Shown in pieces: positions 38,571-53,368 of a DNA stretch of 64,000 nucleotides (positions are counted from its first letter, which is position 1; the number at the start of each line of letters is the position of its first letter). Location: assembly GCA_043228905.1 (NCBI GenBank), contig JBHGNT010000009.1:20956001-21020000 (forward strand), written 5' to 3'. The stretch is from Azolla caroliniana (taxonomy: Eukaryota; Plantae; Polypodiophyta). The notes below the pieces were generated by a model. That model was not told the DNA's origin and searched no databases. It saw only the letters and a list, made by a program, of their open reading frames with translations. A program made the position numbers and the translations under genes.

Positions 38571-38735
38571 AGAGGAACAGAGTAGGAGAGAGAAACAGAC
38601 AGAGAAACAGAGTAGGAGAGAGAGAGAGAGAGAGAGAGAGAAGAGAGAGGAACAGAGTAGGAGAGAGAAACAGACAGAGAAACAGAGTAGGAGAGAGAGA
38701 GAGAGAGAGAGAGAGAACAGAGAGAACAAAGAGAG
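38320..38735. repeat. GA-rich compound minisatellite (~65-75 bp unit, ~5 copies)
   Basis: Unit AGAAGAGAGAGGAACAGAGTAGGAGAGAGAAACAGACAGAGAAACAGAGTAG(GA)n; source of the spurious L/S-rich ORFs. Confidence 0.9.
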
Positions 38736-39087
38736 AGAGAAAGAGAGAGAGAGTGGGAGAGACGCAGACCACGTGTTCGGACCACATTCCGACTTACCCT
38801 CATCACACGACACACACACTCTGTCTCTCTCTGTCTCTTTCTTTCTTCTTCTTCTTCTTCTTCTTCTTCTGCTTCTGCTTCTTTATCTCTGAGGCAGAGA
38901 AACCATTCCACTCTCCTTTCCTTCCTTAATTCCCACATACACATACACATAGATCCATAATCCCCCCCCTCTCCACTTCTTTTCCTTCTTTTTTTGTTTT
39001 ACCCTAACTCCATAATCCCCACAATCACAGAAGATTTTAACAAACCCCTCTGTGTTTTTGTTTTTGTTTTTTTGGTGAAACCATCCA

Positions 39088-39393
39088 ATGTCTCCTCCGA
39101 TCCTCCTCTCCCAAGTGGCTTCAGGCATCGGTGTGGTCATCGGCGCAATCATGGCCAAATCCCTTCTCGATGGGGAAGTGAAATCGGCACCGTCTTCTTC
39201 CTCCAGTTTCTCCATGAAACCCCCTTGCCCTACTTGTAATGGATCTCGACGAGTTCCCTGCCTCTGCTCCCGCTGGTCTGATGGCGATGTCGGTTGCAAT
39301 ACCTGTGCCGGCACAGGTAAGGCCATGTGCAACAGTTGTGGTGGATCAGGAACTGGCCGCCCCATCCCCGTCACCATTAAGAGCTATAAATAG
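39088..39393 (+). CDS. Small DnaJ-like cysteine-rich zinc-finger protein (DnaJ-E/SSUH2-like; resembles Arabidopsis At1g22630)
   Basis: Intronless 101 aa; hydrophobic N-terminus, then CPTCNGS..VPCLCSRWSDGDVGCNTCAGTG...CNSCGGSGTGRPIP. Confidence 0.9.
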   Translation: MSPPILLSQVASGIGVVIGAIMAKSLLDGEVKSAPSSSSSFSMKPPCPTCNGSRRVPCLCSRWSDGDVGCNTCAGTGKAMCNSCGGSGTGRPIPVTIKSYK

Positions 39394-40643
39394 TGGGCTA
39401 TGGAGTTTTTACCAATTGATCTAATACATACATAGTGGACTTATTTGGAGATAGATCGCGGGTCTATGTATTGTAGGCTTTCGGAGATTTATCATTGCTC
39501 TTTTGTATGTTGTTTTCTGGGGTTTCTGTTTCGATCACATGGGCTTAACTGGAGACCATGCAAAACAAGATCATATATATGTACTTTACTGGATGCTGAA
39601 TTTTAAGTAGTAGCGGCTATGGACGCTGGTGTTTTTTTTTTTGTGTAGTTTCTGTCAGTGGCAAACAAATGATCCATCATGTAGCAGGTGGTATTTGTAT
39701 AGTTTTTTTTCCATGAATGGAAAAAGATTATATATGTATTATACTTTGGCACCTGAAGGCGCTACCCCCTGTGTATATACCACTTACGGATGGAGGGAAA
39801 TCAAAATTTCCTGATCATTTGGGACCCCTTAGAGGTATTCTTTTCCTTCAAAATCAATGTTGATTGGAGCTCTGCCTTTTATAGTTGGCAGTGTTTGCCA
39901 TGGTATTTACCACCAGATGTACACCAAGTTTAATATTTGTATATGAATGATCAGTGTAATGGAACTGCTCTTTCTTGTGATTCTGTCTTCATTTAATTCA
40001 ATACATGTCTCATGGTTGATGTGATGTGAGTAATAATATCCATGTCAGTGGTATGAATTAAAGACCTTATAAGGTACTCTGTTTAAGGCAATGTCTCATG
40101 GTTGTATTAGTCTACTACGCAAGATTGCGTAAGTTCTCATGTCATGGTTGCACATGTTAGTTATAGTAAATTTAATCAATTAGTCCTCACCACAACACCA
40201 TGCTCGTTATCAAGAAATTAAGCATAGTTCACATTACAAAGTAAATACCAGAAATTAAGCATAGTTCACTTTACAAAGTAAAGTTCACGACAGAAATTTA
40301 AATCATGTTGTAAATACCAATCGAACATGTTAGTTATCAAAAGCTTGTACATATTGTTCATTGTGATGCAGCAATAAATCATATTCGATTAATAATGCAT
40401 GCATGCCAAGTAGCATGTTGTTAATAATGCTGAATACTATGTTCATGTGCAAGGATGTCTTGAACAACATGCTGCAGAGCAAGAACAAATAGCAATTATT
40501 ATTATTATTATGTCATTCTGAAACCATATGTGATGGATGTTTAATTCTTTATGTACCAAGTTCTAAGAGTTTATCCTCTCTCAATAATGTTTTTTGTTCT
40601 TTCCAATCATGAAGCCAAAATATCTACAAAGACATCAACTCAA

Positions 40644-42720
40644 TCATGTTTCTTTTTCTTTGTAATCCTCAGTTTGGCTGTTTTTTGTTTCTGAATCATC
40701 CATATTGTCATTTGGGACTGAACTGAGTCTTACAACTAGATCTTCAACAGAAATCTGGATGACATCTTTCCTAACACCAATATCAGCAGCATATCTACTC
40801 ACACAATAAACTGCAGCGCTTACAGCCAATAAACCCCATGATTGTGTCATCAAAAAACTTAGTGGAGAAGAGCACACAGCAGCAAAGGGTGCCCCCAGAA
40901 TTGAGGCCGCTTGACCACTTCTTCCAATTGCAGTCTTCTCCATGACTAAAAGACCCGTCTTACAGTAAATTGCAAAATCCTCACAATTGTTGTGAAAGAT
41001 ATTGTAGCACCCAAATCCATTGACATGAATATACCTTGCTCTGTGGAGAACTATGTCATGTGGATCTGAATTTGCTAGTGTACCAGTTCCTCCACGGATT
41101 TTAGCAAGAAAGGTTAAGGTATTTTCTTGATATTGAAACCGATACAGTGGACATCCACAAAGGAAACAATCCAAGCATGACAAAACAACTCCACTTTTTT
41201 CATTGTTTGTGCCACACTTTTGGCATGGTGTTTTGTTTCTCGATGGAGGCAAGGAGCTTCCTAACAACTTATCGAGACTTGTGCCTGTTCCTGTTTCTTC
41301 ATCTTGTCCTCTAGTAAAATGGATCACTGACTCAGAACCAATATAAATACCTGAAAAACAAAGTTGAAAGAAACCCAAAAACACGTTTGCAATTAGCAAC
41401 GCATGTATTAAAACGTAAAATTAGAAACACCAGCCTTGTATTACTATGAAGTGCATGTGGTTCACTATTTCCTTATATTGCTTCCTTTGCACTGGAAACA
41501 TTACCTATATACCTCAAGCATGAGACCATGAACTAGGTCCAATTCTGGACATGATTCATGCTGAAATCATATTCAATCTCGTATCCTTTCAATCTTCAGA
41601 CAATTTTTTAAAATAAAACTTTCATCACATACAAGAATTGAAGTTCATTCCTATGTGGATTATTGAAGACCTGGAATAGAGTCTTTAGGGGGGTTCCTTA
41701 GGTTTTTAAGTCGACTTGAGAGCAGATTATGTGAAAATGATTCAAAGGTAGAACCGTAACTTTTGTTATGATGACTTGCCACTTGCAGTGACTTAGACAT
41801 TACTACTAGAAATCAAAGCATACTAAATACATATCACCCATATCAGTACTGACAATTGCTGTAGAATACTTAGCATACAATGCATGTAAAATACATCTAC
41901 CCTTTCCTTAAATACTTAGAATATGTATTGTACAGATAAAATGCATTAGATATGTAGAATACTTGTAGAATATGTAGAATACGCATAGAATATGTAGAAT
42001 ATGTAGAATAAGTTTATTTTTCCTTATTAAAATTTGAAGTTTTTTTACAACAATTTAATTTAATTTATTTTTTATAGTTTTTTGGAAAACGTTAAATATT
42101 CTGTTAAATACGTAGAATACATAAGCCATTTTTAAATAGCAGTTCTAAAACGCAGAATACATGTAGAATACCTCGTATTCTAAAACGCATTCTAAACATA
42201 TACTAGTTCCTTAACTATGGTACTGACGAGGTAGTGTAAACAATTCTCCTTTAGGTAATCCAGGTATTTCACCAAGGTTCAAGCAATAACAGAAATTGGA
42301 AACATGATGGCAATTATTATTCTTAAAACTTAACAGTAAACCAGAATCTTGAAATTGTATTGTTAAAGGGTGCATTAAAGTTTGAGTTTTGACAACAGAC
42401 CTATAGAGACCATTTTAAAACATATATATTCAAACATGTCATACTATCACTGGACTCCTCCAAAGGAAAGGAAGAAAACTAATTTCATCAAACAAGATGG
42501 ATACCACTAACAAGAGAACCACAAAGTACACAAAGAAACACAAAATCTATGTATGGATTTGATGCAAGATGGATCACATTAACATGGTAAACCATGTCTG
42601 ATTCACTATGTACATATATGTGAAAAGAAAGCCCTTGCAATGTCGCTAGAATTCCTTAGTTGAAAGAGGAAATATGCTTGAAGGGGAAAGACCAAGTAAG
42701 CACACATCCAAACACAACTT

Positions 42721-42752
<32 letters not shown>

Positions 42753-43153
42753 TACATACATATATAGATAGATAGATGGATGGATGGATGGATGGATGGA
42801 TGGATGGATGGATGGATGGATGGATGGATAGATATATGTATATATGAATATGTATATCCCCATTCATATGAAAGACTGATTCAGTACATACTACATACAT
42901 ACACATAACACATACACATATGCGTATGCGTATGTGTACCCATTCAAATACTCATGCATGTGTATCTATTTGAACAGGTCGAAAGCTAGGTAGAAAAAAA
43001 GAACACATGACAGTTTGCAATGTTGGTGATGGGAAGCAGGAAGGAAGGAAGATACCGACCGTGATGTGCGTACAAGTATGCGACGCGCCATGAGTAGATG
43101 TGATCCCCAGGACGAAGCTCGTCTCTGCAAATGCGATGAGACAGAAGACCCAT
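40644..43153 (-). CDS. LRAT/NC-domain protein (LEAD-SENSITIVE 1-like family)
   Basis: Exon 1 43153-43060 MGLLSHRI...[16 protein letters not shown]; exon 2 41350-40644 IYIG...VIHFT...[22 protein letters not shown]; GT-AG intron. Confidence 0.93.
41912..42206. mobile_element. Probable hAT-like non-autonomous insertion in the LRAT intron
   Basis: 8-bp direct repeat TTCCTTAA on both sides (41904-41911, 42207-42214); clustered GTAGAATA subterminal motifs at both ends; TIRs only partial. Confidence 0.5.
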
Positions 43154-45036
43154 CAAGCACACACTCACTGTCTCGCTCGCACGAAATCCATGAAGAGAGA
43201 GAGAGAGAGATCCGCAGGAAAACAGAGCTTTTTTCCTGAGGGCGATTTGGTTTCACACTAGGCCTAATTCTTCCGAGAGAGCGCAAGCAAGCAACTCGGT
43301 AGTCGATAATCACAACATCATGCAAGGCCTCATCAATCCGTCGGTGGAGGAGCTATTATCGCCCCTCCTCATCACTTTGAATTTGATTGTTATCGGGAGC
43401 ATTTTGAAACCTCCTCTTCACTTGATTTTACAATGGCTCGCTCTGGCTATATCTCTCTATAACCAACTACATACCCACTCCCAAGCTATGGCGAGCAAAA
43501 GCATCAAGTAGGCCATTCCAAGATGTCCTTAGGGGTGAGCATGGACACACAGTGGGCATCAGCACATTTAGCATTGATATATAGTTACAAATGTATGCCA
43601 ATTTGCTAGGATTCTTGATCATATGTCTATGTTTTTACACACCAATTTTAAGAACATCAAAACCTAAACAATATTTACCTCTCAACTAGAGACCTATCTT
43701 TTAAACATGGCCCATGCCAAAAATGGAGTAGGTTTTAACTTTTTGAGGACCTTTGCTGGATATAGGCTATTAACTATAGCGTTGTTGATATTACGTTGCT
43801 AATGTGACCTTAGATCATGTTCACAACAGATGGAAGAAGCCGTTGATTAACATGGCAACTTTTGATTGTAAGTTGAAAGTTAGGGGCAACAGCTTATATG
43901 AACAGTAACATTAAGCAAATGTTATGCATCATCCATATTTAAGTATGAGGCATAATTTAAAAATGAGTTCTAATTACTGGTTATATCTAATGAACTGATC
44001 CTCCAAAGTATGGTGTAGAAATTGTCAAAGTTAGTACAAATCAAGCATTATATTGCAGAATTTTGATCAATCAAGACATCCACAAGCCTAACCAAGCTCA
44101 TCTTAAAACATGGGTCTTTTATTAAATCTTTGTGAAATCATATGAACTTCACAAATTTCAGCATTAGAGCATAGAGAAGCAAAGCTTAACCACGTCTGAA
44201 TAATAATGATACTTCAATGATATCTGGGTACCGTGACAATGGAAATCACTAGATTTTCAGTACTATTGCAGCTTATTCAGCCCATCAAAATGGCTTTTCG
44301 CAAAACAACCTCCTGTTAATAGAATGTACAATTCTAACTTCGACTGTGCACTGTAAGGAACTCCCCTGTGAATAAAACCTGTACAAATCAGGTGATAACC
44401 CATTTTCTATTCCAACATCCTCAAATATTTACATCATGTGTAGCCCAAATACCAGACCAAAACGGTAGGCAAAAAATGAAAAATAGCTCTGCAATTGCAT
44501 AAATAATAGGATTTGCACTGCAAAAAAGTAACCATATACTGATGATGCCAGGCAGGTCTGGTTACCATGGTACCTTCGACCCAACGCTTTCCCTAAAGAA
44601 TTGATGACTCTTGCTTTCACTCGCTAACAGACAACAGAAACTTTGATAGCATAAAGATGCAATGTTGAGGAGTTGGTGACCATTGCGTCCTGCTCATAAC
44701 TACTATCATACTAAGGATAACTCCAGAAATACATCCACCAGGTCACATTTTATCTGTCACAAAATGCGACGGAACGTTTTAAGGCCAAATTGAAGGCATT
44801 ATGAGAGTGGGAAATTTGAACAGATTTGTTACATTGACCATTTTGAGATCTTACCTTCCAAATACCTTTCTTAATGCTTATTTACAAGTTTCATTATACT
44901 ACTACTGGTGCTCGGAACGTTTTCAAGTATCATCTGTTGCATCTTCACAGAGACAGGGTTAGAAAGACCTGTCAAAGCCGCCATTATCCTTGGTATCATC
45001 CAAATACTTCTGATCCACTTCAGTTTTTAGTTGACT

Positions 45037-48000
45037 CTAAAGGCTACTTTTTGCATCCTTCGAATTGTTGTTTAGTTTATCAAAATGCATATTCATTTCA
45101 TTAATTTTTTTCATTTGGCTAGCTGGTTTGGAGTCTCGCAGTAGCCCAGAATCTTTAGTTGAAGGAAGTGCACGATTTATATTCTGTGAAGCAAGAAGAT
45201 TTTTCACATGTGAAGAGTTCATGGTCACAAAACAACCTCTTTCTTTTGCATCCCCAATTAGGGCAGCCCAATCCTCTGACTGCATAAGCGCTGCAGCATT
45301 GCCTATAACCTGTGAGAAGGATAAATATGGCAATGCATCAGCAAATAAGAACAGGCTAATTATCGGCTTCTCAAGGAATTGACCTCAGAGTTTTGCAGGC
45401 AAGGTTCAAAATTAAGGAAATAAGAGGAAATTCAATGCCAGAAAGAGAAGATCCACGGAACTATGGCCATCCACATTCAACATTATAAGAGAAATCTACA
45501 TTTAGAATATCATTAATGTTTGATAAAAATGAGCACTAAGAATGACAAGATAAAGAGGTATACCCAAAGGCACCGACGCGCTCTTGTTAGTGCAACATTC
45601 ATTCTTCGAATATCTGCAACAAAACCTACTCCATGGTCTGATGCCCGTACACATGACATTATGATGACATCTCTTTCCTGCCCTTGAAATGCATCAACTG
45701 TGTTTATATATACCTTATCAGCATGAGACCCAAGAATAGATCCAAATTCCTGATGCAAACACCTGAGTTGCAATTTGTAAGGAGTGATGACACCCACTGA
45801 CACTTCATCAATCCTTGCCGACTTTATGAAGCTCTGCAAATATTCATATAATTGGGCTGCGAAATGGGCTTCATTGACATTCTGGTAAGACACAGAATTC
45901 CCGTTTTGTGACTCCTTTCCATGACTTACATCATAAAAAATATATGGCCTCAAAAGAGCATCTCGATGATAAGACTCATCTGGTAGAGATGCCACATTCT
46001 CACTATCCATGAGGCGGCCTTGGTAAAAATACCTTGAAGGAAAATCCCTAATCTGAGGATGCATCCGATATTGAACCGACAGAAGTATCGTTGGGCAGCC
46101 ACCTTGCTGAAATCGTTCAAACAGACTCCGACTGTACTGTAAGTTATGGGCAGCATGGCTGATGACCGTTGCAGGCAACTGTCGAGGATCACCTATTAAA
46201 ACACATCGTGTAGCACCCAAACTCAACGGTGGTAAAATTGCTGCTTCAGTTGCTTGGGCCGCCTCATCAATTACAACCATGTCAAAACCATGAGTGAGCT
46301 GGTTGAATAGACGACGACCACTACTTGAAATGGTTGTAAACACAATTTCAGCTTCATTTGCAAAACTTGCTTCTAATTTTGTACGAGCGTCTTCCAGAGA
46401 GAAACCTCTTCGGAAATGACTTTCTACAATATACAATCGTGACATTTCAACCATAACTTTGTCCCTTTCTTCTACAATGGCTGCTACTTGCTGCATTTTT
46501 GTATCACGTGTTTGATCTCGAGCAGTGAGAACATCTGGATCTACACCCACTGAACCCAGAGTATGGGCTGCAGCTGCTGCAACAGTCAATTCCTGCTGCA
46601 AAGTTGAAATTTGATGAGCCAAAAATAATTCTCTTGCACGAAGTTGTTGCAGCCAACCCAAGACATCATCTCTAGACATCGCTAAAAGGTTATCTGACCT
46701 CCGTTCAACAGACACGGCTTGGGAAGCCCTATTTTGAGTATCAACGCCAACTCGAGCAACATCAGGTCGATATACTCTCATCTCTCCATCAATAAAACCT
46801 CTGTCTAATACCCTTGTCAGGAGTTCATCAGTTGCAGCATTAGAGGGGGCACAGACTAGCATTCTAGGTTTTGGACACAACTTTGGTAGAATCCTTCCAA
46901 AGCTACGATCCATATTCTGTAAAACTTCATCAAAACCTCCTTCATGAGGCGAGCTATTCTCAACTTCTGATCTAAGAGTATCTGGTGCCAGCTTTTTCAA
47001 TAATGCGGCGTAATACCTCTGATACTGCACAAGATGTATTACATTAAGCATTCCCCAAACTGTATGTGTTTTACCGGTGCCAGGAGGACCTTGAACAAGG
47101 GTAAAAGGCCATGAAACATATGGTTGCTTAGATGTACTAATATTGCACGAAGCTGATGCAGTATGCATTGCTGCCCATTTAATGGCACTAAGCTGTGGAT
47201 TATTAAAAGTCATATGAAGATGTTGAAGAAAGGGCTCTGTAATACACTCAGGCATAGCTGGAGGTCCTTCCTCATAGCAAGGAAAAAATTCTGGTTTAGG
47301 GTTTAGAATAGCTTTAACCATCTGCAAATTATACAGTGAAACTTCAGCTGCAGGCAATGATAAACAGGGCAGCATGTTGAAATGGCAACAAATACGCAAT
47401 CATTAACCTGCTGTTGTAGTTTATGGAAGCCATGCAAAGCTACATATTCACGCTGGCTTGTTGCAAGAGAGCCGAGTACAGTCAAGTACCACATAATACC
47501 CTTGGTTTGAAATTTCCTAATGATTGCTTCTTCACTCATTTGGCTGGTACACAAACACTTTGTATGACTAAATTGTGAATCAGGCCATAACCTTTCTAGA
47601 TCTAAAAAAAATCATCATGCATACATACCTTTCACCCACATAGAAGCGAAGTATAGCTCCATGTGGATCTCGAGTATCAATTGGTACATAGCGCCGAATA
47701 ATGCCAGCTGTACGACTTGAAACATCTGAACCATTGGTTGGCCTCATCCTAATGCCTGATAAAATAATAATAATGAAAGGCATAATTCTAAGATTATGCA
47801 TGGAAAACTATAGGTGGCTTTTTAAGTAGCACAGCTTTCAAGAACTACAAGTTAATTCTAAACCAAAGGTTGTTACCTGACCCAGGCTTTGAAGTAGATA
47901 TTACTGCAACTTCACCCTCCTTAAACCATAATTTAGTTTGGCAATTTCCAGGAAGTAGAACCAAATCATACCATCCTTAAACAAACAAGGAAAACAAACA

Positions 48001-49348
48001 ATCTTAATATTTTCATTGAGTACTATACAGACCATTTAAAACAGAAGAATAGAAAATGTGTACCTCTTTCACGCCTTTTAACACTTTTTACACAAACTTC
48101 AATATGTGGATCCTTAGTGACTCCATCACACAATTCTTCCCACGTGCTATGCAATTGTGCCCGACATTCTTCAAAAAGGAGGGGCTCGAACACATTCACA
48201 TACTGTTGCACTGAGCCAAAACTACCAGGAACACATTGAAGTTCAGTATCACCTACATAAAGTACAGAAATAAACATTGAATAAAAATGGAGCAAAAATT
48301 TCAAACCCACTTTCAGCTATTAAACTGAGTTTTATCTGAGAGGAATTACATAACATTCAGGATCTACTTCAAATACTATTGAAATTATCATATTCAACAC
48401 AAAGTGTTCAACAAAGGGGCAAGCATGAGCAGCCTTTATTCTCATTTAGAGGTAGATATATCAATTATCTCAAGGTGAACAGATAAATTATCTAATAATA
48501 GTAGCATTCAAATTTCGAATAAACAAAACAATAATTGATTAAAGAGATTCTAAACAGTAAATGCATAGAGAAGTCCAGACGAATACTCCAACTGATACTG
48601 TCATCTTTTAATCTACACCCATGGCCTGAAAACATGCAAAATTTCAGAGATTTCCATGCCAACTGTCCCATTTATGAAGTATCATCAATATTAGGGGATG
48701 TAACTGAACCATAACCTTATAAAATTATCATACTCTCAAGGAATACACACAGGATCCTTCTTTGTACTAACCATCTGGCTTCCATAGTTTGTCGGAAGTG
48801 GCCTCCCTGTGCAAGCGCTCTATTGAAGAATTTTGAGAATTTTCCGCATTTTTCCCGAAATTGATTGGGTTTCTCTTTCCTGTCATCTTGGCTGCAGTGT
48901 ACTTTACCACAGGTGGTTTAACGAGTTGACAGTCTTTTGCTTTAATTTCTCCATCGTGTTTCCAACTATTCTGTGATGGGAATGAATCATGAGTAGAACC
49001 AACATCTGATGGTGGAAATGCATTAGATTTCGTTTCTGATATGTTTGCAATGACTATTGACCCATTAATGGTATCATCAGAGGTATTGGAATTCACTGTA
49101 TCCTTGATATTAGGATCAATTGGAGCTGACTTTTTGCATGTATCTCTGAAACCTCTTAAGGAACTTTTGGGTGTAGCAGTTTCAGGCACAGGTGCCCGTT
49201 TCGCAGCCTCATCAACATCCAGGAACATGGTTTGCCGACTGCGCTTTTTGCCAAGCATTGCATCTTTTTGGTCTAGTTTTGCGCTGTTCCCTAAGTTTGT
49301 CGAAAATTTGCTCCCAATAGAAGATTGGTGGCTTTTTGAAGAATCCAT
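45037..49348 (-). CDS. Sen1/UPF1-like SF1 helicase (At4g30100/At2g19120-like)
   Basis: Exons ~49348-48771, 48252-48064, 47978-47877, 47757-47629, 47547-47408, 47321-45563, 45309-45037. Motifs QGPPGTGKT, CAPSNAATD, VIDEAAQ, GDPRQLP, QYRMHP, TVDAFQGQE, RMNVALTRAR; family block MLGKKRSRQTMFL. The true start may lie further upstream. Confidence 0.93.
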
Positions 49349-51729
49349 TTGGTGTGAACCATCAAAAGAAGCTTTATTTCCTGGTGTATGGGCTTTTCTC
49401 TATCTGGAAAGTTGGCTGCTTACATTAGCATTAGCTTTCCCTCGTACCTCCACACTAAAGAAAATCTTCCTGAATCATAGTTATCTGGATAATTAATAAA
49501 TCAATTTGGTAAATCTTATTGCCAACATTGTTATTGGTACTTAACAAGGTTAGAAAAACACTTCTAAAAGAAACCACACTAGTAACCTTCAGGCTAAAGG
49601 TACTTAACAAGTTTAGGAAAACAATTAAAAGAAAAGGCAGCAGTAACTTTCAGGCTACACAGACCCATCACTTCAATGGCCATTTGTTTGCATCTTATGT
49701 TTCATCTCAACATATGATGAAAGATTTGAGAGTATTGATTGCTTTCAGATGCCATTATAAGCTAGTTTTATTCAGCATATTAAACATTGCATCAAAAATA
49801 TATGCTTTTTCAGTAACCCAGTTCTTCCTTTGAATTCAACTCGTATTGCCTGTATCCAAGTGAGTGTGTCACTTCTAAGAATGATGAAAATGGACCATTT
49901 TCCCATTTTCAAGATCCCCCTAACTGCAGTCCAGATTCGTTTGGTGAATGAAAACATTGTTTGGCATTGCCCATAACAAACCCCACATGGAGATTCACAT
50001 TCACGTGGATTCCTGTCCCACTCATCCCAAACATAGTCGTTATGTACTTCATGCTTATAAGTCATCTCAAGAATCTTTACCACTTGTAGAACCACCGTGA
50101 CCTTATTATTTTCTGGTAACTCGTCCTAAACATGATACTTATGCAATCATGCTTGTAAACCCATCTCAAGTATCTTTACTCATTGTGGAACCACCAGGAT
50201 CTTATACTTTCCTAATACCCCATTTTTCAGATCAAACCCTATTCTTCTTGGGTTCTTCTGTTAAAACCTATATCCAAGCCTTCACATTACCCTGATCTTT
50301 CCCTTCGCACTATGGATGGTTTATTTTTAAGGAGAAACAAACTATTGTGGTGCTTTCAAACATTTAAGGGGGTTCTTATAATTATGCAAGGCGCATTGAT
50401 CATTTCTGAGCATAAAGAACCATAATATCTGTTATGCCATTAAACTCGGGACCGATATTGTTATGATTTTACTTTTTTTTTAACGGTCAAAACGTTGTCT
50501 GCTTATTTAGAGATTCATTGACAGGAGTACGTAACTTACAAAGATATACATGATCCAAGATCATTCCTACTATGTCTTTTATACTAAACAAGAATATGAT
50601 GGCTACACTAGTAATATCAGGTAAGATAGATTGATAGAAGGATACAAAGATCTTTATGATCTAAAATCATTACGTAGCAAAACTAGTTTTTTTCCCTCTG
50701 CAATCTAAGATAATAGATGTGTGCAAAAATCTTTATTTTCCATAAGTTCAAAAGAATCTCATTTGCAGAGATGGAGAATGTGATCATTGTTGCTTCAGAA
50801 ACTGAGCCTAAATGGGAAGAAGAAGAAATACGGAACCGGAAACATATAATTGAGAGACAGAGAGCAGAAGCAGAAGAAAAACCTGGTAGAGAGTAGGAGA
50901 GAGACGGAACCGAAGGTTCAACGGCAACAGCAAGAGGCATTTTTACTGCTATGTGTGGATATGGCGGATTAGGGTTTAGCAGAGATTAAAGAGGAAAGAT
51001 AGCTTGTTTTTAATGATGAAGAAGAAGGTCAATAAAATAAAATTACTCTCTCCTCTTTACACAAAATAAAAAGTGAGAAAATGTATGTACATTTCCTAAT
51101 TGGCCTCTTAATTATCTTAATTAATGATTCGATTAATTCCCACAATATGCCTAATCACCATAATTATTTTCGCATCCACCTAATCACCATAATTAGGCAT
51201 TAGAATTAGTTCTGCATACACATAATCACTATAATTATGTCCGCATCTACCTAATCGTGGTACTTAGTCCCCCATCTTCACAATATGGACAAATGACAGG
51301 CCAAAATTGTTTCTTGCTCTCTCTTGATTGATGTGAGAATGGTGCCCAAATTGGATTATGCATATAAGCATATTAATCTCATGATTCTCCTAATTAATGC
51401 GTCATCGCTTTCACATTGAAAGCTTAATTATCTCATCCAACTTCTAATTCTATCACTCGTGCAGAACCCACTTTCTAACCATGTGGAGGTAAGCAATTAA
51501 ACCCTGAAATTAACAAGATTCTTATGTGTTCACTTTTAATTTTTGAGGTGATTACGAGATTGTTAATCAAATGCTTAAGGAGTAAAGAAAAGTCAGGTCA
51601 TTTAAAATAGTTTCATGGAAGGATTGTGCCGATAACTTGGTTTGTTTGGAACTCATTTTGAACTTATTGTAGGGTTATCTACAAACCTTGTATCTCTTTT
51701 ATACTCCAATAAGCCCTTCTCTTGTCACA

Positions 51730-52263
51730 AACACTACTCTAAAGCAAGGCTCATCTAGCTAATCTAGCATCCTTCATCCCTTAGGTTTAATTCAACTTGA
51801 TCGAATCAGAAACTCTTGGGATAAGGTTGGGATCACGGATCTACCGATGAGTTTGTACTCTCTTAGTGTGTTTACCATAATCAAACACATGCATGTAATT
51901 TTGCAAATAAACACTCTAAATCAAGGAGAGTCTAGCTAATCTAGCCTCCTTCATCCCTTAGGTGTAATTCAACTTGATTGAATCGGAAACTCTTAGGATA
52001 AGGTTGGGATCACGGATCTACTGATGAGTTGTACTCTCTTAGTATGTTTACCATACCAAACACATGCATGTAATTTTGTAAATAAACACTCTCAATCGAG
52101 GCTTGTCTAGCTAATCTAGCCTCCTTCATCCCTTAAGTTTAATTAAACTTGATCGAATCGGAAACTCTTAGGATAAGGTTGGGATCACGGATCTACCGAT
52201 GAGTTATACTCTCTTAGCATGTTTACCATACCAAACACATGCATGTAAATTTGCAAATAAACA
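51730..52263. repeat. Three tandem ~176-bp satellite-like monomers
   Basis: TCTAGCTAATCTAGC starts at 51754, 51931 and 52106; monomers highly similar. Confidence 0.92.
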
Positions 52264-52639
52264 CCGTGAATTTCTCATACATATAAATAAGCATATTAAA
52301 ACATCGCATGTGGTTGACCTGGAATCAGTCCCAAGCACTTGAGGGTGGATGCAAATTTTGAAGGTATCAACCAATATAGCTAAAAATGTGATTGCTATTG
52401 AATACTCCCAAATCAAAACCAAGAGGGATTCATGCAAGTTAGTAAATATACGTTGTGTTTTATTTTGCTTACCATGTGGTAGTTTAATCTCACTCATGCT
52501 TACCTCTAAAATCATTGCGAGATTTTTATAAGCGTTGCGATATTGATGAAAAGGCCATTCTTATGATGGTATCATTTATCTTCAAATTCGTTGCTTCGTT
52601 GTATGATTAATCACTTGCTAATGCTCAACAAATCAATTG

Positions 52640-52725
52640 ATCAAGTGCTTATGAAATCATCAATCCTTGGTGGGAAACTCTCCAATACACCAATATAGGC
52701 CAATATTTGAAATGGACCCTAGATT
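52640..52725 (-). mobile_element. Possible gypsy GPF/Y-motif remnant
   Basis: Minus strand GPFQILAYIG...FH.HL resembles the GPF.I...IG....L....H.VFH motif downstream of gypsy integrases; very degraded. Confidence 0.3.
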
Positions 52726-53368
52726 ACCACTCCTTTTTCATGAAAGGCAATCAGGTAAATTAGCATAAGCAAACAACCTTTACTACACAAAATTTCCCCT
52801 CCAAACAGTCTTTTAGCAACCATGCAATTGCACTAGTTCTATGATAACTAGCTTTATGAAAAAGGATGATGATGTGGGTATTTCAGAATGGGAATAGGGT
52901 AAACTCCCATACATGTAGTGTTTTGTCAGTGATTTTTCCTTTCTTTAATTGATGTGTCTCACGATGTCATCTCTTTTAACTACAACAAGAGCTTCAATTA
53001 TCATTAACCTCAATTACCCAAAGTCAAGCAAAAAACGTGATCCATACACCTAGGAAAGCAAACACACACACAAAGACTAAGAGGCCAAATTATGCTCTTT
53101 TTTGCTTAAATTATAATAAATGAGTTTATTCAAAGGAAATTATTAGCTAGCTAAGGGTTCATGAAGTGTAATAAATTAACTAAGAAAACGTTGTAGAAAA
53201 GCATAACATCTTATGCAAATTTAGAGTATAGCTAACACAAAGGATAACTTAAAGAGTACATAAAGAGGGGGGGAGGGGTTGCATAGTAACCTTTGGTCTT
53301 ATACCATTGTATTATAAAAACATCTATGCATCAGAATTGTGCAAACAATCTCATCCCATCTTTGCAAA

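Noticed and set aside
38208-39377. Long L/S-rich ORFs and a 164-aa antisense ORF
   Set aside because: GA minisatellite translation and the shadow ORF of the real zinc-finger gene
49772-50095. Cys/Trp-containing ORF in the helicase leader intron, possibly LINE zf-RVT debris
   Set aside because: Motif match too weak to call
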